Below, in pieces: positions 49,563 through 62,339 of a DNA stretch of 64,000 nt. The stretch lies in assembly GCA_030704615.1 (NCBI GenBank), contig CM060734.1, positions 33,356,001 through 33,420,000 of the forward strand, in the 5' to 3' direction. Both the position numbers and the translations under genes were made by a program. Position 1 is the stretch's first letter; each line of letters opens with the position of its first letter. The notes below the pieces were generated by a model. The model did not search any database. It was given only the letters and a program-made list of their open reading frames with translations, and had not been told where the DNA came from. The DNA is from Takakia lepidozioides. Lineage: Eukaryota > Plantae > Bryophyta.

Positions 49563-51348
49563 CTGAAGTGAATCCCACAACGCACTACCTGGACAATTAA
49601 CAATTTATGGTATCGTTGGAAAGAATATACTAGGGCATAGCTTCAGCCTTCATGATCGAGAGCTTGATCAATCAGGTTATCTATTTATTGGAAATCGTAT
49701 TATTACAAGAAAACCACAACCTGAAAATTCATGGTAAGAACTATAATATATGAAATCATGTGAGAATTGCAATTTGTTGTTAAAATGCTTTTTATATAAA
49801 TTTTCAGATAATTTTAAAAAACAAATTCCCTTGTACTTCTTTACTTTGTAGCCTGTTTAAACTACAATCTCCATTGCATTCTTCTTTATACGATAAATGT
49901 ATTTTCTTTTGTTAAGTGCACTGATTGATGATAATCCAAAGTTTAATAATAACACATTAATCCTTATGCTTAATGTTTGTGCAGCACGAGAGATTTTCTC
50001 ATAGCACAACTTTCACGCATCCGATATGGAGAGTATTCCATAGATTTACTCGACAGGCATCGACTTCTTTTATTTGATAATGGCACACCATTTACACATC
50101 TTTTTAAAGATATCTATGATAGGTTGCTTTCTTTGGTAAGTATCTTGGTAAGTATCTTCTCAAAAATTATAAGACGTAGTGGTTAGGGCCACACATAAGA
50201 GTAACTTGATCTGAATGGTTTTGATTCACATATTTGTATCTTTAGTGAGGTTACAATATGCATAGTAATAATAATGAGATAATAGTATTTAAAAAATTAA
50301 TAATTTTCAATAATTGTTTGGAAACAGGTGCGAGAAGACATTTTAGGAAAATCAAGATCAGTAATTGAAATATGTGACAGAGCAGAAAAAAGGTGTTTGT
50401 TGGGAATGCGGTTACAAGGTGGTTTCCCCGTCATAAGCCAATGGTTATTTTTTCCACTTTTTCTAATTATGCATTTCAGGGCTCTATCCGTCCCTTTACA
50501 CCAACAAAATAAGTAAATTTTATTAAGAAGAAAATGATCTCTGAACTTCGAGTGGTTGCATAGTGCAGTCTCCTCCTGGTCGAAAGCTCAACTTTGGCTA
50601 CTACATTGTGGTTTTCTTATTTACATGTGCTACAAATATATACTATATAAGCAAATAAATTACCTTGCATAATATGTTGATCTGTATTTATTTACATGCA
50701 CTTCTACATGAGTACATATTAAGTGCATATAGTATGTACTCACTTCCATCATATTAGTAGGCTTGGCCACTTTTACGATGAATGTTTTGGAATTTGAATT
50801 TTCTTGAATTACTATTTCAGTTCGGTGATATATTAAATAAAGGAAACAATTATTGTAATGCTAGATATCATTGTGCCTTTGTTTTGTTAAGGCGAACAGG
50901 GTTGTCAGAAAACCATCGCTATTTTGGAGGTTGCTGATTTCTTCCTAAGTGTAATATTATTTCACTTGTATTTGTCCAAATTAGGAAGTTGACGCATATT
51001 ATGTGCTTTTCAGTGCTTTCTGTTATTGAAACAAGAATGTTGACCTATTGTCGACCCCAATGGGCTTATTTACTACATTTAGTTTGGAGGGCGACAGCCA
51101 AATGAAGTGGTTGACCAAACCTCGACAGGCACACATAAGTTAATGGATTCTGCTTGCCCATTGCAACTATTCTACAGGATTGAAAATCAGAACTTTTGTT
51201 CACCTTCCAGGTGGCTGATTGACCTCTACACACGGTTACGGTCTATCCAATGGGCGGCATTAGGCCATGGATTATGTATAGGGGAAGGGCAGCTGATGAG
51301 GCTCTTCCACCATTTAAGAATGCGTGAACGAGGGTGGTATCCCCAGTA

Positions 51349-51994
51349 GGGCCAAGTTAGTTGCGCCCCTTCACCGGCGAAAAAAATCCAACCTGCCCCT
51401 TCATGCATGCCCCCCCAAAATCGTCATCTTGTGAATTTCATGAGGCCCTAGGTGTCTTATGTTGGCGTAAGGTGCGTCCTCTTGTCAGCATGAAACTTCT
51501 CGTCTGAGAAGGTAAGGATTTTAACAAGCCTCAAACGGCAATGGACTCTCTAAACATAAGAGGAAATGTAAGAGCAGGGAGCATGACTCGGCATATCACA
51601 CGGCCAAATCGGTGCCTTGACACAGTGTAAGGTCCTTTGACCACATTTTCTCCGTTGACATGAACATAATTCGTAGTTTTTCTCTACAAGAGAGCCAACA
51701 AAATGGAATTTCTAGGTGTTGGGAGGTAGCTGGCCGATGTTTTTTCTCTACCAAAAACTCGCCAGATTTTGACCTAGAAAATGGGTCAGCTGCTTGTGCA
51801 AAGGAATTATGGGGGATAAAATCCAAAAATTTCACCAAAAGGCGCCAGTAGTTCAGGATTGGGAGCCTGATTTGCCAATGTGGACCACGGTTAGAATGTG
51901 CCAGTTAACATGACATGTTACTTAGCCACTTTTCTAACCCTGCCACCTCGTTATTCTCACCACATGGGCACTAGGTTGAACTCGCATTTGGCCC
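51349..51994. mobile_element. Putative MITE with short TIRs and TA flanks
   Basis: AGTAGGGCCAA (51345-51355) and TTGGCCCTACT (51988-51998); TA|GGGCCAA...TTGGCCC|TA. Confidence 0.4.
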
Positions 51995-52445
51995 TACTTG
52001 CGATTTTGGAAAAATGGAAAAAAAAAAACACTAGCTAGCTGATCCTCACCAAAATGTCGGATCTAAGCTGTTCCATGGTCGAACCCAATGACCCCCATTT
52101 TATAGGTGGGCGATGGATCTAAGTAGATGGGGCGTTGAACCCACCAGTGGGCCATCTTCCTTTGGGAAAGTATACTACAATCAACCTTTTATTATTAAAT
52201 TATTGCAATATTTTACTATAAATTGAGTTGGCTATAATGAATGACCTATGAAGCAACCTTTAGCCCTAGTGTTGCCAACTGGCCATTGCAATCCATAAAT
52301 ACATTTCTTTTTCAACATTTTGTACAAAGATTTAAAACCAAAGAAAAAGGCACAGACACTATCTTTTTGTGAGGGACTTAACGTACTAATATAAACAATC
52401 TGTTTGGGCTTTCTAGATTTCCTCTAGAAAGCCAATCAACAAGTA

Positions 52446-54160
52446 TCAATATAACGTGTGGATTTGTCCAACATTAGACCCCAATTGTGTTAGAGCTTTA
52501 AGCTCAGCCACAAGATTTTGAAAGTTGGTGAACACAGATGCAAAGGCTATGTTTTCTTGATGGTCCTGCAGAGGATATTGGCGTAAAAAAATATAGAGGA
52601 CTTTTTCAAGTACCTGAATATTAGGAAGGAAGAATGACCCTGCTAGATGAAGCTGAGTTGGAGGCTGAACTAGTGTCCAAACCATGTCAGAAGCACAAAG
52701 AATAAAAAAGTTGACTATAAAATTTTCCTGAACATGTTTCAAGTTTGTGATATGGGTGAGGACCTTAAGGATGACCTGAAGGGCGTGCCTACCCTTGGCA
52801 CAAGACTGAAATTTAAACTCAGGATGGGAATCTAACTTTGAACAATAAACAGATGCAGAAATAAATGGAGAGTGTACATGTCGGACATGCTGGCAGCCTC
52901 CATTTTCATAAAGTGGTGGGTAATCTAATCAAAGAGCGACTTAGCCTATTCAACAGTACGATTTTGCTTCCAATATAGGGTATTTGAAACCATATATACA
53001 AACAAAGAAAGAACAGTAGAGCAGTCTTGATCCCTTCCATAGGCAAATGACAGCTAAGCTCAACCATAAATACGTACCATAAATAAGTACCATAAATGAT
53101 AAATCATTTGATGAATTCAATTATAACCTCCTCCAACTCATGAATATGAGACCATCTAACTTAGAACATATCCAAAGATAACCATGTTGGAGTGTTCTTC
53201 ATAAGAAGAAACCAGCTTACAAGTTCAGACAGTGTGATGTCTTCAACTGTGTAGCCTTCACTTTGCAGGCTGCTTTCTAGTGTTTGCACATGATGCAGCC
53301 AACCAACACATATTCATGGATTTGATGAGCATGTAAACTTCACATCATGGAACTTTGTGATCTGATCTTCCCCTTCCTTTATCTCTCCATGTGGCATTGT
53401 GGCCCTCTTTCCAATAGGTATGTCTGGTTGTGTCCTCGTGTAGCCAACAAGTTGTATGATCTTTGAAAAGCCTAGAAGTAATGAAAACTGCTCTAGCATA
53501 AGTGTAGGAATTCAAAAGGATGTCCAGAGCAGTCCTGATAAACAACTGAGGAAATTTTGATGGCAAACTACCACCTCAAACATGATTTGTAGCCAAGTAT
53601 CTATTCCGATAGGTGTGGTGGATAGTAGCACCAACTCTAGTCCAAAGCTAATCTGCAGCTATCATTGCCTATGTCGTTTCACAATAGAATATCAGAAGTA
53701 ACATGTGGATATATATAGTTTCATTGCTGCCCATGATGAGTACATAATAACTTGAGTCTGTAAAGAAAATGGATCACACCTATGACTTCTACTACTTATA
53801 CGTAAATTGAAATTGTTTGAACCCACGTGTTGGTGCTTTGCAATCCATTAGTTGGATCAATCGCCTTTTGAGCTTGAGATACAAAGTATCTAAGTATTAC
53901 GTCTTGTAGAAGTCGGTTATAGTATTTGACCTCCTGCATCGACAAATTATGTTCAAATGTTCAACTCCAAACAATCTATTTAAATGAGCCATATTAAAAT
54001 ATTTCAGAGATATAGTATGTACAGAGTCCACATGTCTGTACATACACCAACATAAGAAAAGATCAGCAACATGCTGTACTTGTGCCCGCAACTTATTTTC
54101 GTCTAGACACATAGAAACAAGTTGCTCTGTGTAATCGGTACATACACCAAGAAGATGAAA
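52446..54160 (-). pseudogene. Unknown multi-exon protein gene, disrupted
   Basis: Protein-like open blocks (~52446-52930, 53220-53670, 53800-54160) separated by AT-rich intron-like gaps; scattered TAG/TGA stops consistent with C>T decay. Confidence 0.45.
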
Positions 54161-55189
54161 TCTTTATGCGCAATGAAACTTACACAGTCTGTCACGCATG
54201 CATGAATACTGCATGAACTATTCATCCGGTCCAGGGGATGCTATCCATTACAAATATGGGCAAAATATTCCCACTACACCACTCTCGATCTAATTCGGAA
54301 CTTAATTGCAAGTGCCGGTGCTAAGCATCAAAAGCCTTTGCATAGTCCTACCATCCTAAGGCAGGGAAAATAAATTGAACTCACATGAAAAACATCGATA
54401 ATTTGTATATATTCTTTTGGAAAAAGTTGTCATATCTTAAATTGGAGATATATAAAGACAAACAAGAAAAGAGAGAAGAGGGGGAGAGATACTGCTGAGT
54501 TGTGTCAGGATGTTATGGGATCAAATAAATGATGCATTTGTTTTTTGCATATATTGATGATCTACTTTTGACATTGAGCTTGAATAGCGGTGTCCGAACT
54601 AGCCACTTGAGAACAATTGCTTCTGGTGTTTGAGGGAGTTTTAAAAATCACGGTAAATATATAATACATGTTGACTGTAAACTGGCGGTTGTTTTTTTTA
54701 GGAGTTCGCAGAACAGACGCATCATGCTGGTCACTTCCTGTGTTGATGGTTTGGCTCATGGACTAGGTTTTTGGGTACATGTACAAGTAGACTGGTTTTC
54801 TCGGATATTATCTCTTGGCCTGAGCACAATCTTTTTTTTGTCCGTGTATTCGATGGGGGGTCGGGAGATATTGACCCAATGCCTGATCCAAATCGTGAGC
54901 CATACCTTTGGGCTTGTTTCTCTTTCCTCTTTTGGTATAGAGAGCTCTCTAGTGGATCTCTCGATCTTTGGATCTTGAGGAATGGAAATGGCCTAAAAAC
55001 GTTTTTTTTTTTAAATACTCGGCCAAGCTGAGATACTCCATGACCTTGCACCTCCTTGTTCCTACCACCAAATGGGTCGCTTACAAATGGATCTGTGTCA
55101 TGCCATTCTCGGTAAATTGGGAAGCAAAGTGAAAACATATATGGGCATCCCAAAGAGCAGCTAAAATCTCTAATTTTCTATGGAAGATA

Positions 55190-55560
55190 GGAAACAAGAT
55201 TCTACTAGTTGGATCCTCCATGGACCCTCAAATTGCTTGTACCATTTGCAATATGGGGCTGCCTGAGTCTCTGGAGCATTGTCTATTAGGTGCCGGTATG
55301 CTGCTTGCGTTTGGTCACGAGTCAGAGCCTTCTATCTTGCTTGGAAGCCAGCGGATGCGTCTAGGTGAGGTAATTGCAAGTCCTTGCACACTTACTCTTG
55401 GACACTTACTACCAAAAGGAAAGTCCCACCCCATTGCGATAGGCTCATTTGCTCTCACAGTCTTGTTAAGAAAATTTAATCCTAAATTTGTCAAAGCGTG
55501 AGTTCTTAGTGCCTTGGAGCATTTTGCTTTTGCCGCCATGACCTATTAGATTCAATGTTG
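55190..55560 (+). mobile_element. LINE zf-RVT fragment
   Basis: CTICNMGLPESLEHCLL, similar to CRCCNNQLLDSLEHCLLHC in the LINE at ~59.9 kb. Confidence 0.65.
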
Positions 55561-56005
55561 CTATGTTGTACCTAGTTCAACATCAGTTTGAGTTTCACTT
55601 CAGCATCGCAAATACATATTTGACGAACTGAAGTAATATCACACAAAGATAGAAGGATGCGAGACCACTTCTAAACTTAAGTGGAATAACAAGCCTATGT
55701 TTAGTTGCATGTAGCAATAAAGTAACAGTCAATTTTTGAATAACTTTTGATTATTTTGAATAGTAAACATGTACTAATTTAGTTCATAAAATACTATAAC
55801 TTTGATAACTTAACTTTTAATAATTTTAATTTAGGTGATGACTAAAAAGATGGTAACTAAAAATAACTAAAAAGATGATTAAAATATAAAAGATAAACTA
55901 ATACAATTTTATAAATGTAGAACATGTGAATATAGAGCATTGTTTCTGAGATCTACCTTATTCTTGTTAGTGTCATATTTTTGAGATTGTAGGTGGAGAG
56001 GGCAT

Positions 56006-57509
56006 GTGAAAACTATGGAAGATATAACAAGTACATCTAGCAAAAGAAAACGGATTCGTAAACCTTACATTACACTTTTGAGCGGTCAATACGATGAAGA
56101 ATTCGGTACTATCAGGCTAGAATATGAGTTTACGGGAATTGCTGGGTGTTGTAATCCAAGCTGTCGTGCGAAACATTGCATATTAAATGTTTTACCTTGT
56201 CCAAAAACATTGAGTGATAGAACCATTTACGAGCTTTTCCAGAAAAAGTCAGAAGGAACTGTGCCTTTGGAACGTATAATATTATGGATTAGAAGCCATA
56301 AATTATGCGAGAGATGTGTTTCTCTGTTGAGAAACAGATGTCCAAGTTGTTTGCCCTCTCCATGGCCATCTTCATTTGATTCCTTCAGAGAGTTTTTTAA
56401 AGATGTTTATTAATTAGTGATGTACCCGTTATCAGTACAAGTGAATTCCGAAATGTTGTTTTCTACGCTTTGTCTCAAAAATCTCTTCATATAGATGTAG
56501 ATCACATAGTAGTGAAATCTATAGTTACTGGAGGATGTATTGGTTCAGTTGAGTTAATCAGGAAGCTAGGACTACCAAACAATAAAGAGATCCATGTAGT
56601 ATACAATATTATTCCTAAAGATGGTAAAGGCGTTTCTCCATACTGGTTACATACAGAGACAAAAGATACGTGGAAGGCTCTTATCTCAAAAGCATATCCG
56701 ACCACCACGTTATTTATTGTGGTATTTGATGGAAATACTATATGGTGTGAAGATTTGTATGTGAAGGAGTTTGGAGATTTTGGAGAAAATGAGGTACATT
56801 TAATGTACTTACGGAATTTGTTGGAAATGACAGATGCTCGTGTTTTACGATCTAAAATGCACTCTTATTTTCTTTTAGCACCTTACAGAGGACGGAGTGG
56901 AACAGACACAAGACGGAGGCATGGTGTATCAAAAAGCAATGGATACACATGTTCTACAAATACAGATGGAAACACAGATAGATAGACAAGCGGTCAAGTT
57001 ACAAGTGCAGAAGAAGTGTCATTTCGTGATTTGGGCGATGCAATTGCAAGTAATATTTGGAGAGGAGTTCAAAAGAAATATCCATTATTTATTTCCAAAT
57101 TGTTTGAAGCTCAAATACAAACTGCGAAATTTATTAGGATTGGTTTACCCTGGTTCATGTGCACCAATTGCATATGACAAAATCAACTGAGATTCCAACG
57201 CATGTGGATACTGCTGATGATGAGTTCTCAATTATTTATTGGGTAAAGCGGGGATCACTCGGAGAGGGAGATTTTTTGGTGAATCAATTGATGGACAAGT
57301 TTGAGACAACCGACGCATCTTCTATATTCATTCGATCAAAAAAACTTGCACATAGTACATTAGAGAGTGCGGGTGTTATATGCTCTAGTTTCAAATTAAG
57401 GATTGCTTTACTAAACAAAAAGCAAGTGTTGACTAGAACTAGAAATATAGTGAATAGGAAAGTTGCTTTAAAAGACTCCTCAAAAATGAATCATGGTGGT
57501 ACACATTAG
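56006..57509 (+). pseudogene. Cys-rich protein with C-terminal TET/JBP-like 2OG-Fe(II) dioxygenase domain (2 frameshifts, 1 stop)
   Basis: N-terminal Cys clusters CCNPSCRAKHC...CP and CERC...CPSC. C-terminal PTHVDTADDEFSIIYW...GEGDFLV...F.....SIFIRSKKLAHST...KLRIALL gives the HxDxxD ... H-S/T double-stranded beta-helix pattern. Confidence 0.6.
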
Positions 57510-58892
57510 GTGATGAGGATGATAAATGAGATTTCTGATTATATTTTATTTACTTTAAAGTATTTCATACAAATGACAAACTATGTATATGAATGAAGAC
57601 ATCATTCTTATGGGTGAATTACATTTGATTATTATTTTGAATGGTTAGTGCATATGCAAAGCAATATATCTCAATGGAAGATATAAAAAATAAATATATC
57701 CAGAAAGGTACTTAATAGTTTAGGACGGTCAATCTTTTGGGTATGTTATGTGTTAGTTCAGTTCATGCCTAGTATGTGAGATGTAGCCAGACTACTCCTT
57801 TGATTAGCCCCTGACAATACCTGATATTTGAGGTATAGCCAGGCTGTCATGATAGCGTCGTACTAGGCTGGGGTAGTGATTGGTAACTAGTGAGTGGTGA
57901 GGGAGTCTCTCATGGCTGCGCTGGGGTAGTGACTAGTGAGGGAGGCTGTCATGGCCATGCGGGAACAACCGTAGCAGGCCGGATGGTACAGTAACCGTGC
58001 AGGGCGAGGCGTAGGCCGCGGACATCCATGCACGTGGGCGCTGCCAATGTTCAATGCACCTGGCCTGTCTCTTCTTCCCTACTCTGCGGCCATCTCAGGT
58101 TCCATTCTTGTAAGGCGAAGCAAGTTGTTAGATCCATTCTTTATTGAATTGACAGTCATTCTATTAGTGCCAAATATTTCAGCCAAAATGAAGTAATCTA
58201 TTTGGTAGCTCCTCTGGAAGTGATTTCAAGGGGATTCAAAAGACCTTCAATGGTTAATTAACTAGGTTTAAGTAGGATAAGGGTAAAATAAATAGAAATG
58301 TATGTAAGGGTTTCAGATAAATTGGTAACATACCCATTAACCCAAACAAATCTTAATAATAAAAAATAAAAATAAAAAATTTCAAAATATAACTTGAGCA
58401 TAATAATCAATGCTTAAAAATTGATATTCAATCCAAAAATTGTAAGAACAAAATATAGGCACATGTGCAAGGTAGCACCTAGTAAACCGCAATAGTACCT
58501 CCATTATTTATTACTTTGAGATTTGCTTGAAGTACAGTTCAATGAGCAAGGGAATGCTGCTGTGGGTAGAAAATCATAATGATAGTCAACAAGCTATTGA
58601 CTTGGATTCCATCACCCAACAAGAAAATCATGACCTGCCCTAAGGATTGGGTAAATACTAATATTTTACCCTTCACCCGGGTTCACTCTAGGCCCCGTCC
58701 AAGCCTAGGTCCGGGAAGAATATACAAGATTCCCTTGATAAGGGTCCAAGTAAAAGTAAGGGATCTACCTGTAACAAGGATTATCTGTAAAATAATTGTG
58801 GAAAAAGATAAAGATAAAGGTAAAGTTTCTTTAACATCCAGAGAATTTACAGAGCCTACTCCTCAACACACAGGCCATCGAGGAGGTCTGAA

Positions 58893-58978
58893 GGCACTCG
58901 TTGAAGGATTGAACCCAGGATCACCTAGGCACATGGCAGGCACAAACACCCAACCATTGGGCTACCTGCTCAAGTGCC
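58893..58978 (-). mobile_element. tRNA-like SINE head (Gly-GCC-like loop)
   Basis: GGCACTTG...TAGCCCAATGG (A box)...CTGCCAT...GGTTCAATCC (B box)...CGAGTGCC; termini pair over 8 bp but spacing is not that of a canonical tRNA. Confidence 0.6.
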
Positions 58979-59003
58979 GAAATGTCTTAAAAAGAAAACA
59001 TAG

Positions 59004-61820
59004 TTTTTTTTTTTTTTTTTTTTTGGGACGAACCCCTGAGAACTTTATTAAATGATTATTTAAGGGGAAAAAAATTAAAACCCTTTAAATGCCCTCAGGC
59101 TGCCATAAGGCATAACACACGGAGGACCATGCAGGATAGGTCCGAGACCATAACCGAGAGAGGACTCTCGAATGAACTGCATTTAGAACCCACAGGGACT
59201 CGATGCCTTTTCTAAAACCTAGAAGACCTTGGTAAGATCCGCCAGAAACCATTATCCGTAACGGAGGTAAGACTGGATCTACGATAGTGGACAGAACTGA
59301 GAATAGGGAAGCAGAAAGATGGTGAGGGTGCATGGAGGAGGCTGGGAGAGCAGGAGAATAGCAGGGCGAATCTGATTGCTAATTGCCTGCCCTGAAGAGA
59401 GCCAAGAGTCTATCTGTGGAAATGAAGTCGAGTTGCTGAACCTGCTCTAATATGCCTCCAATTAATCTCTGTTCTGTCAAATTCTGGGGAGGTTGAAGAG
59501 GTAACTCCTACTTCCTTGCCAGCAGGAGAGGATTGAATGTGCCCAAAGACAGGTGAGGCCAACAACTTTGCAAATGAGTCCGTGCTTGCCCCAGGTTGCT
59601 CCGAAGGTATGGATGAGAGAGGGTTGTCTTTGTGGCTTCCTTTTGACCGCTGCACATAGCACTGCCCAAGCTTTTTTAGCAGCAACAATGAGATCAAAGA
59701 ACACCATAGAAAGAATATCTAAAGCTGCTGTGTCTCATTGTCTAGAGCCTAGGCACATTGTCCTTTCCAAAGGCTCCAGAGGACCGAACTACGAAGAGTA
59801 TCAAATACAGGGCAGTGGGAGGCAATTGTTTTTTGTGTCGGACTGTAGTTGAGAAGGATAGCTACTGGATCGGCAGGCATTTGGTCCCAAGCCCTGTAGA
59901 AGGAACGTACCAATGGCCAGATCTTTGACGGGGCCAGGCAGTGTAGCAGACAATGTTCCAAAGAATCTAGCAATTGGTTGTTGCAACATCTGCAGAGCAG
60001 AGCCTCAGGGAAGTTTAAATAGTGGCCCACTTTAAGCACCCTATTAGCTACCTGCCATAAGAAGGCACTTAATTTTGCCGGTTTTGACTTGCTTCAGACA
60101 ACTGACCAAATACCTTTCCACTTCTCTTGATCAAAATTCACATGGCTCCATTTCCGATTCCATTTGGAGTTTAGAGGCCTAGCAGCCAGCATTGCCATGT
60201 ATCCCTTCTTTGCAGTATATGAAAAGAAGGGCTTTAGCTCCTCCTCAAAAGACCAAGACCATTCCGCCGGGTCCAACTGGAGGGCCGAATTTCCCAGCAG
60301 GATAAAAGAGCCAAGCATGAATGGAGGTACCCATGGGTGCCTTGGGGTTGAAGGGTTTACCCGGGTCCGACCATTGACAAATCCGGACAAGGGCAGTACT
60401 GGCTGAAGTACGAGCTGGTAAGGATATTGGGCTAGCTGTGATGAGCGAGAGGCATCCAGTTGTGTCATCAGCCTGGAATGAGAACCCTGAAATGGTGGAG
60501 ACTGTGACATCTGAAATATAGATAATATGGTTGGGAATGGAAGAGTCGGGCATAATCCATTGATGAGGACTAGGGAGTCCAAGGCCGTCTTCAAGAATCT
60601 GCTTCCAAGTGTCAGGTATTGACTGAATTATGTGGTTTATGCCCCAACGTAGGCGGAGGGTTCCCAAAGGGATTGCGGAGTACTATACCATAGGTCTTTA
60701 ATCGAGGAAAAACCTCTTGACTCCCACACCGCCCAACGCTTTGCTGCCCGACGTTCATCCCTATCCGGGTTTGGAAGATTTAGAAAGAGGCATTGTCTTA
60801 GAGTTTCTTGAAAGGTGGTAGGCTGCAGTTTTCTGAGAAAGGGCCTGAGGCTGCTCCATGATCTCCAGATGGAGGACCATAGGGGGGAGCCTGTGGATTT
60901 GTGACCAAACCCTTGGACAATCCAGCGAGTAGATTGTGACGAGAGGACTGCGGTCGAGGGCGAGGAGGAGCAGATGGATGGGGTGACCATGAATTTCCAC
61001 CAGCCTCCCTCTGGTCCTTGGTATCTTGGGAGCCACTTTCCTAAAAGCACTTTGATTTGAGTCTCTAGGTCAAGGACACCTAAGCCACCTATCTTTTTGG
61101 GAAGGCAAATCTGTTCCCATGAGACCTATGGCTTTTTGTTCTGGGTAGTAGAGGCAGCCCCCCAGATGAAGTTCCTGATCAACCTTTTAACCTCCTTAAT
61201 TATTTTGTTGTTAGGCCCCCAGGTAGACGCAAAATACCAGATGCCCGCAAGGCTGATTTGATTGGCAACCAGGGCTCTTCCAGCGATGGAAAGATGGCAC
61301 GAGCCCCAATAAGAAAGCTGGTGCTTGAGTCTTTTCACCGTGGCTTGCATTCTCTGGTCATCTGTCAAGTTGATACCAAATGTGTGACCCAGCAATGTAG
61401 TGGGCTCGCCTTCCTTGAGCCAAGTTAATCCCAGGTGGGCGCCCCAGGTCGGATTGCTTCCTATGGTAGACTTGGAGAGGTCACCTAAAATAAGGGCTTT
61501 AGTCTTGCTCCAATTCACTTTGAACCCTGAAACACTACAAAAGTTGGACAGGGTATCTACCGCTGCTTCCAGGGATGATTGGTTGGCTTCGAGAAGAAGG
61601 AAGGTGTCATCTACGAATATGGAGTCCTTAACCTGACGCCAAATGCCAGTTCTGTGATTCTGCAGCTTAAGCCCTTTGACTTGAGGATTTTCCTCTAGCA
61701 TGTAGCCCAGAGCATCCGCCATGAAAAGGAAGAGGAAAGGGGCGAGTGGGCATCCTTGTCTTACTGACATTTGGAGCTAGAAGGGCTTGGAAAGGTGACC
61801 ATTAATTGAGACCCTGCTTT
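59004..61820 (-). mobile_element. 5'-truncated L1/Tx1-type LINE (RT C-terminus, zf-RVT, poly-A)
   Basis: SVRQGCPLAPFLF, FVDD, SGFKVNWSKT, LSIAGRALVAN, ICLPKKIGGLG, CRCC..LEHCLLHC; T21 run at 59004-59024 is the minus-strand poly-A. Confidence 0.92.
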
Positions 61821-61826
61821 CATCTC

Positions 61827-62339
61827 TGAAGCTGAAGATCGAATGCCAAGGTCTACTACCTCGTAACCCACATCGCCTCCGCTTCTAACAACCAAGAGCT
61901 CCACGGTGCTCCTTGCATAACAACCTGGTTTCTCTCATTCTCAAGCAAAAACCACAAGTGCTACAACTAACTCGTATCTGACACTCACAGATACGAGCTC
62001 ATCTTTCTCGAGTGATAAAGAGGAAGAATACAAGCACAAGCTCATGCGAGCTCACAAAGCTGAAGCATAAACTCATGCATATATAATCTCATCACTCAAA
62101 TACAAGTCAAGCCAAGTGCACCCCATGCCATGGGGAATCCACACTACGGCGCCATAGCTAGGCGCGGTGAGGCTCAACTCGAGAAAGATGAGCCTCCCGC
62201 GCTTGCCGTGAAGATAACCACTCCAGGGCCTAAATCTGCCTTGACCCCTGGATTGACACTTGGGCCAATCCCAAATGTCAATATGTAAAAGCTAGCTATT
62301 TCCTAACTAGTTTCACACTAGTGGTAAAATAACTTGACA
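61827..62339 (-). mobile_element. Solo-LTR-like repeat (TG...CA)
   Basis: Minus strand starts TGTCAAG at 62339 and ends CTTCA near 61827-61833; homologous to 40908-41310; separates the LINE from the helicase fragment. Confidence 0.7.
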
